Origin: a virus
UHGV virus genome: UHGV-1366123
Strand: one strand, 5' to 3'
Length of the DNA stretch: 64,000 nucleotides
Shown piece by piece: positions 25,928 to 35,582 of this stretch; the stretch's first letter is position 1, and the number at the start of each line of letters is the position of its first letter. Made by a program: the position numbers and the translations under genes. The notes beneath the pieces were generated by a model. The model was not told the DNA's origin and ran no database searches. It worked only from the letters and a program-made list of their open reading frames with translations.

Positions 25928-27577
25928 TTAGTGAATGGTTCTTCTTTTAAGGAAACTTTCGTTGATTTCTCTGAAAAGTGATCTTGATTTCTTGTCCAAG
26001 TTCAATGGATCACGACAATCGTCGATTATGAAGAACTTCGAAGGTGTCTTCACAAGGGATTTCGACATGATGTAAGAATGATAAGTTTCATCAACTTCGT
26101 GATTTGCGACACGGATCTGTCGAATTGCGTATTTCCCAGTGATAAGTGAAACCTGTCCATCAATCTCCAAAACAGATGATCTTTCTCTATAAAGAAGTTT
26201 CATGACCTTCTCCAATGGTTCTGTATGATTAAGCAAACTCTTGAGAATTGTTGAATCGTTATCATTTACAGAGTAAACGTTGAACCTCATGAATCCGTGC
26301 TCATTGTTGATCCCTACGACAACACAATAGAACTTTCTCTTCTCAAGATCAACGTTCAAAGAGAATGAATATTCACCACTGACGACTATGTTCTTTGTCG
26401 ATATAGAAATTGAGAATGGTTTCCCATCAACTTCGATCACCTTCGAAAGACTCTCGTCGAGAAGTTCTATCCAGAACATGAATGACAATCCCTGCTTTGA
26501 GGAAACTCTCTGTTGATACTTGATAGCTGTTTCTCCAGTTTTCCCTACTGACATGTCGTAGATGAACTTCCCAAGTGAATTTCCATTGTTATCATAGTCA
26601 CATCTTTCAGATTTTACAAGACTTGGATCGAACTCTGAGTGCAAGAGATCATCGATACCTACGTTGTCCAGATTTTGTTTCGTGTTCTGTATGTCTTCCA
26701 TTTCGTCCAGCTGTTCATCTGAATAGTCGTCGATTTTCACGTTTTCTTTTAAAAACTGGAGATCATCGTCTCTTTTGTCGACATTCGTCATGTCCTCATA
26801 CTTCTTGATTGTACAGACATAGAAGCTTCCATGTTCACCTATCCCATGATTCAGATAAACGTCTTGGATCATGTACATTCTGTTAATCTCTGAGAAGTAA
26901 AGGTAGTCCATTCTTCTTGGTTCTTCTCGGACACCAAACACTTCTTCGAAATAGGTCTTCTCAAAGTAAACTTCCAGTTTTTCAAACTCGATCCCCCATT
27001 GTGAAAATTCGTGCCGAGGTTCTGGGATCTGGTTGTCTTTCAAGACAACTTTGAGAATCTTCATCGCCACAACATTGTGCAACGAATATTCTCTTAAGAA
27101 TTCATCTTTGGACTTCAAATCTGGATTTGTGTGCCAATACTTAACACTCACCGCTGAATGTTGCTGGATGTAATAGTTCATGTCGATCTCCAGCTTCTGA
27201 AGACCTATCGACATTCGAGCATAATCTTGAAGAGAATCCACACCAGACAGCAGGAACGATTCTCCTTGATCTATAAAAGTCGTCTGTGGAGATTTGTACT
27301 TAATAAGTGGCTTCTCGATCTCTATTTTTGATCCTAAGAAGTTCTCCACGAGGACATATCTGACTTTGATGTATTTTCCGTGGATTCCAACAAGAGAATC
27401 TCTGTTATACGCTTTCCACGTATCCCAATTTTTCCCATCGGAAGATGTTGTATAATCTCGAAGAAGCAAGGAAGATGAGTTTTCACCTTCCACTTTCTCC
27501 ATGACATATTCGATCTCTCTTGCGGATTTCTCTATATCGAATATAGCAACAGAACCTACGGTCTCCAGTTTTTTCAT
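25928..27577 (-). CDS. hypothetical large protein (possible structural protein)
   Basis: Long ORF; start placed at the internal Met (MKKLETVG...) to avoid overlap with the convergent phosphoesterase gene. Confidence 0.45.
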   Translation of the reverse strand: MKKLETVGSVAIFDIEKSAREIEYVMEKVEGENSSSLLLRDYTTSSDGKNWDTWKAYNRDSLVGIHGKYIKVRYVLVENFLGSKIEIEKPLIKYKSPQTTFIDQGESFLLSGVDSLQDYARMSIGLQKLEIDMNYYIQQHSAVSVKYWHTNPDLKSKDEFLREYSLHNVVAMKILKVVLKDNQIPEPRHEFSQWGIEFEKLEVYFEKTYFEEVFGVREEPRRMDYLYFSEINRMYMIQDVYLNHGIGEHGSFYVCTIKKYEDMTNVDKRDDDLQFLKENVKIDDYSDEQLDEMEDIQNTKQNLDNVGIDDLLHSEFDPSLVKSERCDYDNNGNSLGKFIYDMSVGKTGETAIKYQQRVSSKQGLSFMFWIELLDESLSKVIEVDGKPFSISISTKNIVVSGEYSFSLNVDLEKRKFYCVVVGINNEHGFMRFNVYSVNDNDSTILKSLLNHTEPLEKVMKLLYRERSSVLEIDGQVSLITGKYAIRQIRVANHEVDETYHSYIMSKSLVKTPSKFFIIDDCRDPLNLDKKSRSLFREINESFLKRRTIH

Positions 27578-27673
27578 ACTTTTTAAAGAAACGTTTTGTT
27601 GTTTATCTTCTATAAGACGTTGCAGATGGTGCATAAAGCCGAAAGATTTACAATAAACAACGATTAGGTAAAA

Positions 27674-28399
27674 ATGAAGATTCTCATAATTGGTGACGTT
27701 CACGAAAGCGACTTCTGGATAGACCACGTTCAAAAAAACAAAGATCGTGTCGAGAAGATCGTTTTCATGGGGGACTATTTCGATTCATTCAAGAAAGTCT
27801 CTGCGCAGGTGGCTTTCGAGAACTTTAAGAAGATCCTCGCTCTTCGTCAGACTTTAGGAGAAGAGAAGGTCATCCTCCTTATTGGCAACCACGACTTCCA
27901 TTATACAAAGTTCTGTATGGGAAGATATAGCGGATTTTCAACCACGACTTTTGTCCTTGTAGGGAGCTTCCTTGATGAACTGGTTGATAATGGAACTTTG
28001 GTTCTCTCCTATGAATCTGGCGGTTATCTTTTCTCTCATGCTGGGGTCTCCGAGACTTGGTTTAAGGAGATGACTGGTGAAGATTCAAGTGTCGAAGATA
28101 TCAACCCATTGTTCAAGCAATCTCCAAGAATCGTCGAATTCCGAAATGATGAACGAACCACGTCGCAATATGGCGACAACGAGCATCAGTCTCCGATTTG
28201 GATTCGACCAAATGCTCTCTCAGAGAATCCTTACGGAGATTATCATCAAATAGTTGGTCATACTGCTTTCGATTTCTCGAATATCGATTCTAATCGTGTG
28301 ACTATGGACAATGGTAAGAACCTCTATTTCACAGATTCTAATCAACACGAAGCATTCATCTTGGATACCGAGACTGGAGAGTGTGAAATCCTAAGATAA
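27674..28399 (+). CDS. Calcineurin-like metallophosphoesterase (Ser/Thr phosphatase-like)
   Basis: GDVHE, GDYFD, GNHD and GHTAF metal-binding motifs in canonical order. Confidence 0.7.
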   Translation: MKILIIGDVHESDFWIDHVQKNKDRVEKIVFMGDYFDSFKKVSAQVAFENFKKILALRQTLGEEKVILLIGNHDFHYTKFCMGRYSGFSTTTFVLVGSFLDELVDNGTLVLSYESGGYLFSHAGVSETWFKEMTGEDSSVEDINPLFKQSPRIVEFRNDERTTSQYGDNEHQSPIWIRPNALSENPYGDYHQIVGHTAFDFSNIDSNRVTMDNGKNLYFTDSNQHEAFILDTETGECEILR

Positions 28400-28417
28400 A
28401 ACAATAATCCGAACACA

Positions 28418-28470
28418 GATTGGGCGTAACAACTTTCTATTTTTGTTGTTACGCCCAATCTTTATTTTTA
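28418..28470. terminator. Bidirectional terminator (16-bp stem GATTGGGCGTAACAAC/GTTGTTACGCCCAATC plus T-tract)
   Basis: seen in sequence between convergent genes. Confidence 0.75.
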
Positions 28471-29064
28471 ATCGATAAACTCGTAATTGTCGGGATTGTT
28501 CACAATGTAGCAACCTACATCAATGTAGTAAAACTCACCACCACTTTTTATAACGTTTGATTCTCGAACGTCATCTATTAAGTAATAACCATCAAAGTAG
28601 ATGTTTCGAGAATAACCAGTTTCTTTGTTTTTACATGGTCTAAAACCTCTCTTGCGAAGATCTCTTCTTATTTCTTCTTCTGTAGCATCAACACCTTCGA
28701 TGAACTTCTGAGTGGTCATAAAGTAACTGCTGTCGTTCTCGATTATGCAGAAAGCTATCGGTGTTATCTTACTCTCGGGGAAAACTTTGTTATAAGTTTT
28801 AAGAGATCTGCACCAGAAATCAGCGTTTACTTCATAGTCGCAAGATACACCAAGAAGTCTTGTGGATGTGCTTTTGACAACCTTGTCTCCGTCGATATGC
28901 TTCCAAACGAAACTTTCACCACCTGTGTTTAATGGTTGCATAATGTCACCATCAATCACCGAAGCGAGTATTTCGTCATAGATATCAACATCATAGCCAC
29001 AATCAATAACCCTTGTGAAATCTGATCTCCAACTTTCAAAGATTGGTTTTATTAGGCGGTTCAT
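28468..29064 (-). CDS. hypothetical protein, possibly an atypical kinase-like fold
   Basis: YYLIDDVRESNVI ... YYIDVG resembles a catalytic-loop and DFG-like arrangement; weak. Confidence 0.3.
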   Translation of the reverse strand: MNRLIKPIFESWRSDFTRVIDCGYDVDIYDEILASVIDGDIMQPLNTGGESFVWKHIDGDKVVKSTSTRLLGVSCDYEVNADFWCRSLKTYNKVFPESKITPIAFCIIENDSSYFMTTQKFIEGVDATEEEIRRDLRKRGFRPCKNKETGYSRNIYFDGYYLIDDVRESNVIKSGGEFYYIDVGCYIVNNPDNYEFID

Positions 29065-29127
29065 GATGATTTTTCCGTTTCTTTATGTAAAATAAAGAAA
29101 CGTTTCCGTCGGGCAAATATACCACCT

Positions 29128-29139
29128 TAAATAAGCAAA
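29128..29139 (+). promoter_or_regulatory. Putative late promoter TAAATAAGCAAA
   Basis: recurring 12-mer. Confidence 0.5.
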
Positions 29140-29166
29140 ATATCTAAAAGAAAGACGAATTAAAAT

Positions 29167-29751
29167 ATGAGTAACAATACAAGAGATTATCACTTCTCCA
29201 AGAGTAGAGTGAATAATTCGCTGGATGAACCATTGTTCCTTACGAAGTTCTCTGCCAACATCATACTTCCAGACATCCTCAAAGAAAAGTACGGTACTGC
29301 AGAACTTCTCCATGAACAGATGCTGAAAATTGGTGGTCTTGATCTCGATAAGGTACCAGGTACTGTCACACAGAAGTTCCGCTATAACGATAGATCGTTC
29401 ATTGGTACTATTCTTGATACTAAGGTCGAACTATCGTTTGACTTTGAAGTAAACGTCGATTCAGAAACGAACGTTCCTTATCCTTACAACCTCCTGCAGG
29501 ATTGGCTTCGTCTATGCTATGACCCTAACACTGGCTTCCAATCTCTCAAGAAAGACTATGCAGGGAAATGTACGATAGATGTCACTGACAAGATCGGCAG
29601 ACTTATCAGACACGTCGACGTTGGTATCATGTTCCCAAAGTCAAATCTACCTGCATGGGAACTGAACAACACACAGGAAGCGATCTATAAGATCACTGGT
29701 TTTAAGTTCCAGTGTGAAAATGTGAAGTCATACAGAGCAGAAGACATCTAA
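29167..29751 (+). CDS. hypothetical late (structural?) protein
   Basis: late-promoter motif upstream. Confidence 0.45.
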   Translation: MSNNTRDYHFSKSRVNNSLDEPLFLTKFSANIILPDILKEKYGTAELLHEQMLKIGGLDLDKVPGTVTQKFRYNDRSFIGTILDTKVELSFDFEVNVDSETNVPYPYNLLQDWLRLCYDPNTGFQSLKKDYAGKCTIDVTDKIGRLIRHVDVGIMFPKSNLPAWELNNTQEAIYKITGFKFQCENVKSYRAEDI

Positions 29752-29782
29752 AAACGTCTCAGATTTCATAATTACCATTTAT

Positions 29783-29823
29783 CAGATTGGGCTGTCGGGG
29801 AGAAATCTCGACAGCCCAATCTG
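29783..29823 (+). terminator. Terminator hairpin (15-bp stem CAGATTGGGCTGTCG/CGACAGCCCAATCTG)
   Basis: seen in sequence. Confidence 0.6.
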
Positions 29824-29854
29824 TATAAGAACAAAAAACCAATCACTCTTAACA

Positions 29855-30205
29855 ATGAAAGTCTTAGAATTAGTACAGAATCTGAATCACGAGGTCATAA
29901 CACTCTTTCACGATTCTATAAGCTCATCACTGATATCCAACAACTTCCCTTTTGATGCTTTGAAGGTGTCAGTGTCCTTGCATGAAGGTAAGTCCACTCA
30001 TGTCGATTGCGAAATATCTCAAGAAAACATGGAGAAGACGTACACGATCTGTGTCGTAGAAGATGGTGTTCTCTATGCTCTGTGTGACACATCGATCTAT
30101 GGGAAATACCACGATGAAAATCAGAGTGTCATGGAAATCGTGGATGAATCTACAACTGTAGATGATGTAGTTGAGAGATTTTTACGGTACATCACTCACA
30201 GATAG
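29855..30205 (+). CDS. hypothetical protein
   Basis: ORF only. Confidence 0.45.
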   Translation: MKVLELVQNLNHEVITLFHDSISSSLISNNFPFDALKVSVSLHEGKSTHVDCEISQENMEKTYTICVVEDGVLYALCDTSIYGKYHDENQSVMEIVDESTTVDDVVERFLRYITHR

Positions 30206-30234
30206 CTTATAGGTTGTTTTCTGATAAGTTTTAA

Positions 30235-30285
30235 CGTGTCGTGTTGATGGGTTTCCGTGCCACATCAACACGACACGATTTATAA
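30235..30285 (+). terminator. Terminator hairpin (15-bp stem CGTGTCGTGTTGATG/CATCAACACGACACG)
   Basis: seen in sequence. Confidence 0.6.
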
Positions 30286-30290
30286 GAAAG

Positions 30291-31517
30291 ATGGAAAATC
30301 AAAAAGTGATGGAAAATATAACAACAAATCTGACAACAATAGACGACAACAGATTAAAAAGGTATCTTCTACTGATTGGTGACTTACACTTTGGTCGTGC
30401 TTCTAATGATCAGTCCGAACTCGATGAAAGTGTGAGATATTTTCATGAGTTTTTGTTCCCACTTCTCGAGAGAATGAATGAGAAATGCGGAGGGAACATG
30501 TCGATCATTCAGATGGGTGATGTCTTTGATAATAAGTCATCTGTTGGAACACTGACTGGTAACAACGTCATCGATATCTTCCTAAGACTTGCGTCAAAGA
30601 ACGACGTTTATGTTCTTGTTGGAAACCACGACACTGTTTATAAGGACATCCGTCATATCAACAACAACAAATCGATCTCCTTGATCCCAAGAGTGAATGT
30701 CATCCCGAACATCACAAAGATCCTCACAGAATCTGGGACACCTGCTTTCCTCTTACCTAACTATGGGAACAAGGAACTGTTCAAGAAGGCAGTTGATCTT
30801 TGTGAAGATTCTTCTTACATCTTTGGTCATGACGAGATCTCTGGCTTCCATTATGAAGGTAAGGAAGTTTCTGAGATTCACTCTTTACCAATGTCTGAGT
30901 TTGAAAGGTTCAAGCATGTCTTCATGGGTCATATTCACAAGCCACAAGACAGTGCAAATATCACCTACGTTGGAAGTGCTTATCACACAAGAGTCAACGA
31001 ATGGAGAAATGTCCCACAGATCGTGATTCTTGACACAGAAACTGGGAAGATTCAGAAGATCGAGAACAAGGTATCTTCGAGATACGTGAAAATAGACCTC
31101 TTCAAGTTCCTCGACATGAGGAGATCAGAAGCCTTGGAATTCGTCAAAGGAAACAAGGTCGTTATCCAATGCCCTAACGACACCATTATGCGATTCCAGA
31201 CACCAAAGATCACCCAGTCCGTTGAAGGTTATAAGAAGATCGACTACAAACAGGTGTTCGATAAAAATCAAAGGATTGGTGATGGTGGTGAAAGTGTTGA
31301 CTTGGATGAAGACGAAGATCTTCAAGATATCTCTGGTGTGGAACTATCTTCTGACATTTTTAGCTACATCAATGACTACATTGAAAGCATCGATTCAGTT
31401 GTTATCCAAGGCACGCTGATCCCCTTGTCTGAAAAATCGAAGTTGAAGATTTCGGAATCACTCAAAAAGGTCTACGATTCAGTCTCCGAAAAGTCAAAGC
31501 CCGAAGATCAAGAATAA
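30291..31517 (+). CDS. Recombination nuclease subunit, Mre11/SbcD family (T4 gp47-like)
   Basis: Metallophosphatase motifs GDLH, GDVFD, GNHD, GHIH; directly precedes the Rad50-like gene. Confidence 0.7.
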   Translation: MENQKVMENITTNLTTIDDNRLKRYLLLIGDLHFGRASNDQSELDESVRYFHEFLFPLLERMNEKCGGNMSIIQMGDVFDNKSSVGTLTGNNVIDIFLRLASKNDVYVLVGNHDTVYKDIRHINNNKSISLIPRVNVIPNITKILTESGTPAFLLPNYGNKELFKKAVDLCEDSSYIFGHDEISGFHYEGKEVSEIHSLPMSEFERFKHVFMGHIHKPQDSANITYVGSAYHTRVNEWRNVPQIVILDTETGKIQKIENKVSSRYVKIDLFKFLDMRRSEALEFVKGNKVVIQCPNDTIMRFQTPKITQSVEGYKKIDYKQVFDKNQRIGDGGESVDLDEDEDLQDISGVELSSDIFSYINDYIESIDSVVIQGTLIPLSEKSKLKISESLKKVYDSVSEKSKPEDQE

Positions 31518-31520
31518 GCA

Positions 31521-34145
31521 ATGAAAATTAAAAAGATAGAGTTTCAGAACATCTTCTCGTTTGGTAATAAGAAGATGGTCGTCGATTATGACAATCTTGG
31601 TGATGGTTCTCTCAACATGATCCTTGGGAAGAATGGTTGTGGGAAGTCATCTTTTATCAAGCTCCATAAGTTAGCTCTTTATTTCGATGCCGATGGTGTC
31701 ACAATGGACAGTATCGCAAACGACATAAACGGCAACGGATTCCTCTCGATCGATATCGAATCGAGAGGAAACGACTGGAGGATCGAATCGGAATACACTC
31801 GTACAAAGCTGTCCACGATCCGTGTTTACAAGAACGGAATAGAGCAAGACTGGGGGAAGATTCCAGATACAAAGAAGATGATAAAGTCGGAGGTTGTTGA
31901 CATTCCTTATCACATCTTCTCCAACATCCTCAGTCTCTCGGTCAATGACTTCAAATCATTCCTGTCAATGTCTCCAAAGGACACGAGAAACATTCGTGAC
32001 AGAATCTTCGGCTTCTATGTCTTGAATGACATGATGGAAAGTTTGAAACTTTCTCTGAAGTCTCAATCGGAAATCCACAAGACCAATCTTCTCTCGCTTC
32101 AATCTCTTGAAGAAACTCGTGATGATCTACGTGCAGAGATTGAAGAGATTGAAGCAAATAGCGATTCTCGAGAGAAGATCGATGAACTTGAAGGAAAGAT
32201 CGAAGAGAAGAAAGAGGAAATCAAGGAAACCGACGAGACTATTTCTGACCTCGAGAACAAGCGTCATCGTCATCTCTCGTATGAGAATAAGAGGAAGAAC
32301 GAGAAGCTCAAGGAAGATATACAAAGATTATCGGAAGAGATATTGAAGATGAACGAAGATAAAGATTCGCTCGAATCCGAATCTGAAGAATCAAAGAAGA
32401 AACTTTCGGAGGTATCTTCAAAGATCGCTTTACATTCTAAGCATAGAGAATATGCAAGGAAAGTGAAAGCAATGGAGGAAGCAGAAAAGTTGCAGGGAGA
32501 AATCGACACTTTGAAGTCGGAGATTTCCGAACATGAGGAGAGACTTTCCGAACTGATCTCCGAGAGATCTGTCTATCACGTAAAGCAAGACATCCGATCA
32601 AAGATTAATGAATCCGATCATCTTCGTGAAACGATCGATTCCCTTGTAAAGGAAAAGGAAGATCTTGAGAAAGATAAAGATGATGCTGTGCAGAAGCGTG
32701 ATGACGCTCAAAAGACCGTCGACGATCTTTCTACGAAAATTGCAGATCTTCACGTTTCATACAAATCTATAAAGAGAAAGAAGGAGACTTATGAATCTGG
32801 CCATTGTGATCAATGTGGATCAGAATTCAAAGATCCTCAGTCTCTGTCGAAGATCAGTGAATTCGAGGATGAACTTGAGAATATCGAATCTCACATCTCA
32901 GAACTTGAAGAGAGCAAGAAAGAATACAGATCGATTGTTTCTGAGTATAACGAGAAGATCACGAACCTGACATCGAGAATAAGAAACACCGACACAGACA
33001 TCGAAGATTCGAAGATTGGTGTTGAAGACATTGATAAGGAAATCTCCACACTTCTTCTTCAGAACGACCTTTCTCAAGAGGATATTCTCGGATCTTCGGA
33101 AAATGTCGACTATGACACACCGATCGATGAGTTGAAGTCGAAGATCTCTGAAAAGAAGTCTTTAAGAGATTCACAGATTTCTAAGATGAACTACATCATT
33201 GATCAAGTCTCCGACGTTGAAGATTCTGATGTGGAAATCCCCGAAGAATCTGAAGAAGAACTCATAGGCGAGAAGTCCTATCTTGAATCTATGAGAGAGA
33301 AGTACAACGAGGACATCCGTCAGAAGATCGAGGACATCTCTCATAAAAACCTCGCAATGGAGAATGCGAAGATGAGACTGATCGATGGAGACTTCGAAGA
33401 TTTCACAGAATCTGACCTTCTCCCAGATTCCGAGTTCTCTGCAATTGATCAGACAATCCGTGATTTTTCCAAGAAGATCAACACTTTGAAGTCAGAGATT
33501 TCGGAGATCAAGATCGAGATCTCCAAGATCAATGTTGCAGAAGAATCTCAGATCGAAGCGAAGAAGTCTGTGATAAAGAAGTATGATGACAAACTTGAGG
33601 AAACTCGAGAGAATATCAAGCGTTGCTACAAGTCTATCAGATTTTACAACGTCATGGAGAACATCATCTCCGACGATGGTGTGAAGTCTTACATTATCCG
33701 CAACGTAGTCCCTTACATCAACAAATCAGTCAACGACATCCTCTCCAATCTTGAGATACCTCTCGTTGTCAGATTCGATGACAACTTCAAGCCTTCGATT
33801 TACAGATTTGGGAAGCAGGTTTCAACATCATCAATCTCCACTGGACAGACAAAGATGATCGATTCTGCCATTATCTTCACTATCACGAAGTTCTTGATTT
33901 CGAAGTGTGGTGGTATTAACATCGTGTTCTATGATGAGATCTTCTCGTCGCTCCACACATCTGCCGTTTCTCAGATGATGGAAATCATTCACCGTGAACT
34001 CAAGGCGGAGATGAAACTGCACGTGTTCCTTGTCAACCACTCTTTTATCTCATCCTCGTTCTTCGATAACATCTTTGAACTTGAGATGGTTGACCACTTC
34101 TCACGTCTTCAGATTCGATCAATTGATGAGTACAACCAGAAGTAG
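31521..34145 (+). CDS. Recombination ATPase, Rad50/SbcC family (T4 gp46-like)
   Basis: N-terminal Walker A GKNGCGKSS, long coiled-coil, zinc hook CDQCG, C-terminal signature/Walker B region (IVFYDEIFS). Confidence 0.75.
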   Translation: MKIKKIEFQNIFSFGNKKMVVDYDNLGDGSLNMILGKNGCGKSSFIKLHKLALYFDADGVTMDSIANDINGNGFLSIDIESRGNDWRIESEYTRTKLSTIRVYKNGIEQDWGKIPDTKKMIKSEVVDIPYHIFSNILSLSVNDFKSFLSMSPKDTRNIRDRIFGFYVLNDMMESLKLSLKSQSEIHKTNLLSLQSLEETRDDLRAEIEEIEANSDSREKIDELEGKIEEKKEEIKETDETISDLENKRHRHLSYENKRKNEKLKEDIQRLSEEILKMNEDKDSLESESEESKKKLSEVSSKIALHSKHREYARKVKAMEEAEKLQGEIDTLKSEISEHEERLSELISERSVYHVKQDIRSKINESDHLRETIDSLVKEKEDLEKDKDDAVQKRDDAQKTVDDLSTKIADLHVSYKSIKRKKETYESGHCDQCGSEFKDPQSLSKISEFEDELENIESHISELEESKKEYRSIVSEYNEKITNLTSRIRNTDTDIEDSKIGVEDIDKEISTLLLQNDLSQEDILGSSENVDYDTPIDELKSKISEKKSLRDSQISKMNYIIDQVSDVEDSDVEIPEESEEELIGEKSYLESMREKYNEDIRQKIEDISHKNLAMENAKMRLIDGDFEDFTESDLLPDSEFSAIDQTIRDFSKKINTLKSEISEIKIEISKINVAEESQIEAKKSVIKKYDDKLEETRENIKRCYKSIRFYNVMENIISDDGVKSYIIRNVVPYINKSVNDILSNLEIPLVVRFDDNFKPSIYRFGKQVSTSSISTGQTKMIDSAIIFTITKFLISKCGGINIVFYDEIFSSLHTSAVSQMMEIIHRELKAEMKLHVFLVNHSFISSSFFDNIFELEMVDHFSRLQIRSIDEYNQK

Positions 34146-34375
34146 AAGCTTTATTGTCCCAGATTCCTTTGATGACCTCGAGGATGAATCTGGGACAATA
34201 AAACTCAAAGTCGGCTTTGATCTGTCAACGGATGTTATAGAATCGAAGTCAATCGACAAAGAAATGGACATCGACTTCGAGAAAAGTGTAAAACAAGAAG
34301 ATGCTACTGAAAGTGTTATAAGAATAATAGAAACAAAGAAGAAGAATAGCAATCCACTTTGGTGAAGATCTATCA

Positions 34376-34897
34376 ATGGAGAAAGAAATAAACCTTGAAG
34401 AATTCTCACATTCCGTAAGATATCTTCTCACAAACGGCATACTTCAAGACACCTCGGAAATCTACGAGTATTCTTGTGGTAGAAAGACAAAGGATGTCTC
34501 ATCCATATCGAACGCTATCTCATCATTCTCCAAGTCGATGGTTTCCATTGGTGATCTTTCGAAGATAAGTTCTAAGTTCTACAATTATAGACAAAAGCTC
34601 ATCACAAGAAAGCAACTTATCCTTGATGATCAATCTTTCATTGTTGCAGAAATGGCAAAAATGAAAAAGAAGGAGATGATCTCGTATAAGGTGGGTAGCA
34701 ATGAAGATGGGATTCGCCCTTCAAATGACACAGAGCGCAGGATGATTCTTGATGGAAATCTTTCTGACATGCAACTCGTTGTGGACACACTTGACAACCA
34801 CATCCAGTTTATAACTGATTCAGTAAAGAACATCACTGACATGATCTACGGCTTCACGTACGTCATCCAGTTTGAAGAATATCGTAAAAACTACTAA
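34376..34897 (+). CDS. hypothetical protein
   Basis: ORF only. Confidence 0.45.
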   Translation: MEKEINLEEFSHSVRYLLTNGILQDTSEIYEYSCGRKTKDVSSISNAISSFSKSMVSIGDLSKISSKFYNYRQKLITRKQLILDDQSFIVAEMAKMKKKEMISYKVGSNEDGIRPSNDTERRMILDGNLSDMQLVVDTLDNHIQFITDSVKNITDMIYGFTYVIQFEEYRKNY

Positions 34898-34939
34898 CTA
34901 ATCATCAATCAATAAGCAACTTTTAACAACAACGAACAA

Positions 34940-35485
34940 ATGAAGAAATCTGGGTACACAAAAGCACGTAACAACTATTACACATGGTTGGGGAAAATGT
35001 TCTTCGATCTCCTATGTCTCGCCATCATTCTCTACCTCGTGTTCTATGCAGTTGATCGTGATCATTCGTCTGTGTACAGACTGAGATTTGTCATATCAGT
35101 GAGTGTCGTTGCAATGTTCTATGTTCATGCAATCACTTACAAGAACTTCCTCGATTCAAGGACAAAATACAACTTCTATAAGTCTGTGATGAAGGCTTAT
35201 GAGTTCAACCTCGAAAACTATGAAAATGTGATCGAGGTCATCCGTCGACATGAGTACAAATCAGAAGAATACAAGGCAGATATTAATAGCTTGATGAATG
35301 CCGAAGATGAAGAAACGTTCTTCATTGTTGGTGAGAAGATCTTCAAAAATCTGACAGATGGTGTTTATGTCGATGAGATTGATTTCATCTATGAGCTTCT
35401 TGAATCCACCTCTTACATTGTCAAGTACGTCGATGAAGACTTCTTGAAGAAGACTTTCTTGAAAGAAAAATATAAGTGTAAGTAA
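34940..35485 (+). CDS. hypothetical membrane protein (two predicted TM helices)
   Basis: FFDLLCLAIILYLVFYAV and FVISVSVVAMFYVHAI hydrophobic segments. Confidence 0.45.
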   Translation: MKKSGYTKARNNYYTWLGKMFFDLLCLAIILYLVFYAVDRDHSSVYRLRFVISVSVVAMFYVHAITYKNFLDSRTKYNFYKSVMKAYEFNLENYENVIEVIRRHEYKSEEYKADINSLMNAEDEETFFIVGEKIFKNLTDGVYVDEIDFIYELLESTSYIVKYVDEDFLKKTFLKEKYKCK

Positions 35486-35582
35486 ATAAACAGGTTCATA
35501 GTAAATAACTGTTTATAGATTCGTTGCGTATCTACAGAATATAAGAAAGTAGGTACGCAACGATATCTGTTTAAATGACAAT

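Noticed and set aside
34153-34201. 15-bp-stem hairpin just after the Rad50-like gene stop, which could be an independent element
   Set aside because: Its position, 8 nt after the stop codon with a 20-nt loop and no other distinguishing features, fits an ordinary operon terminator or attenuator. The overlapping 111-aa ORF at 34030-34365 is probably spurious.
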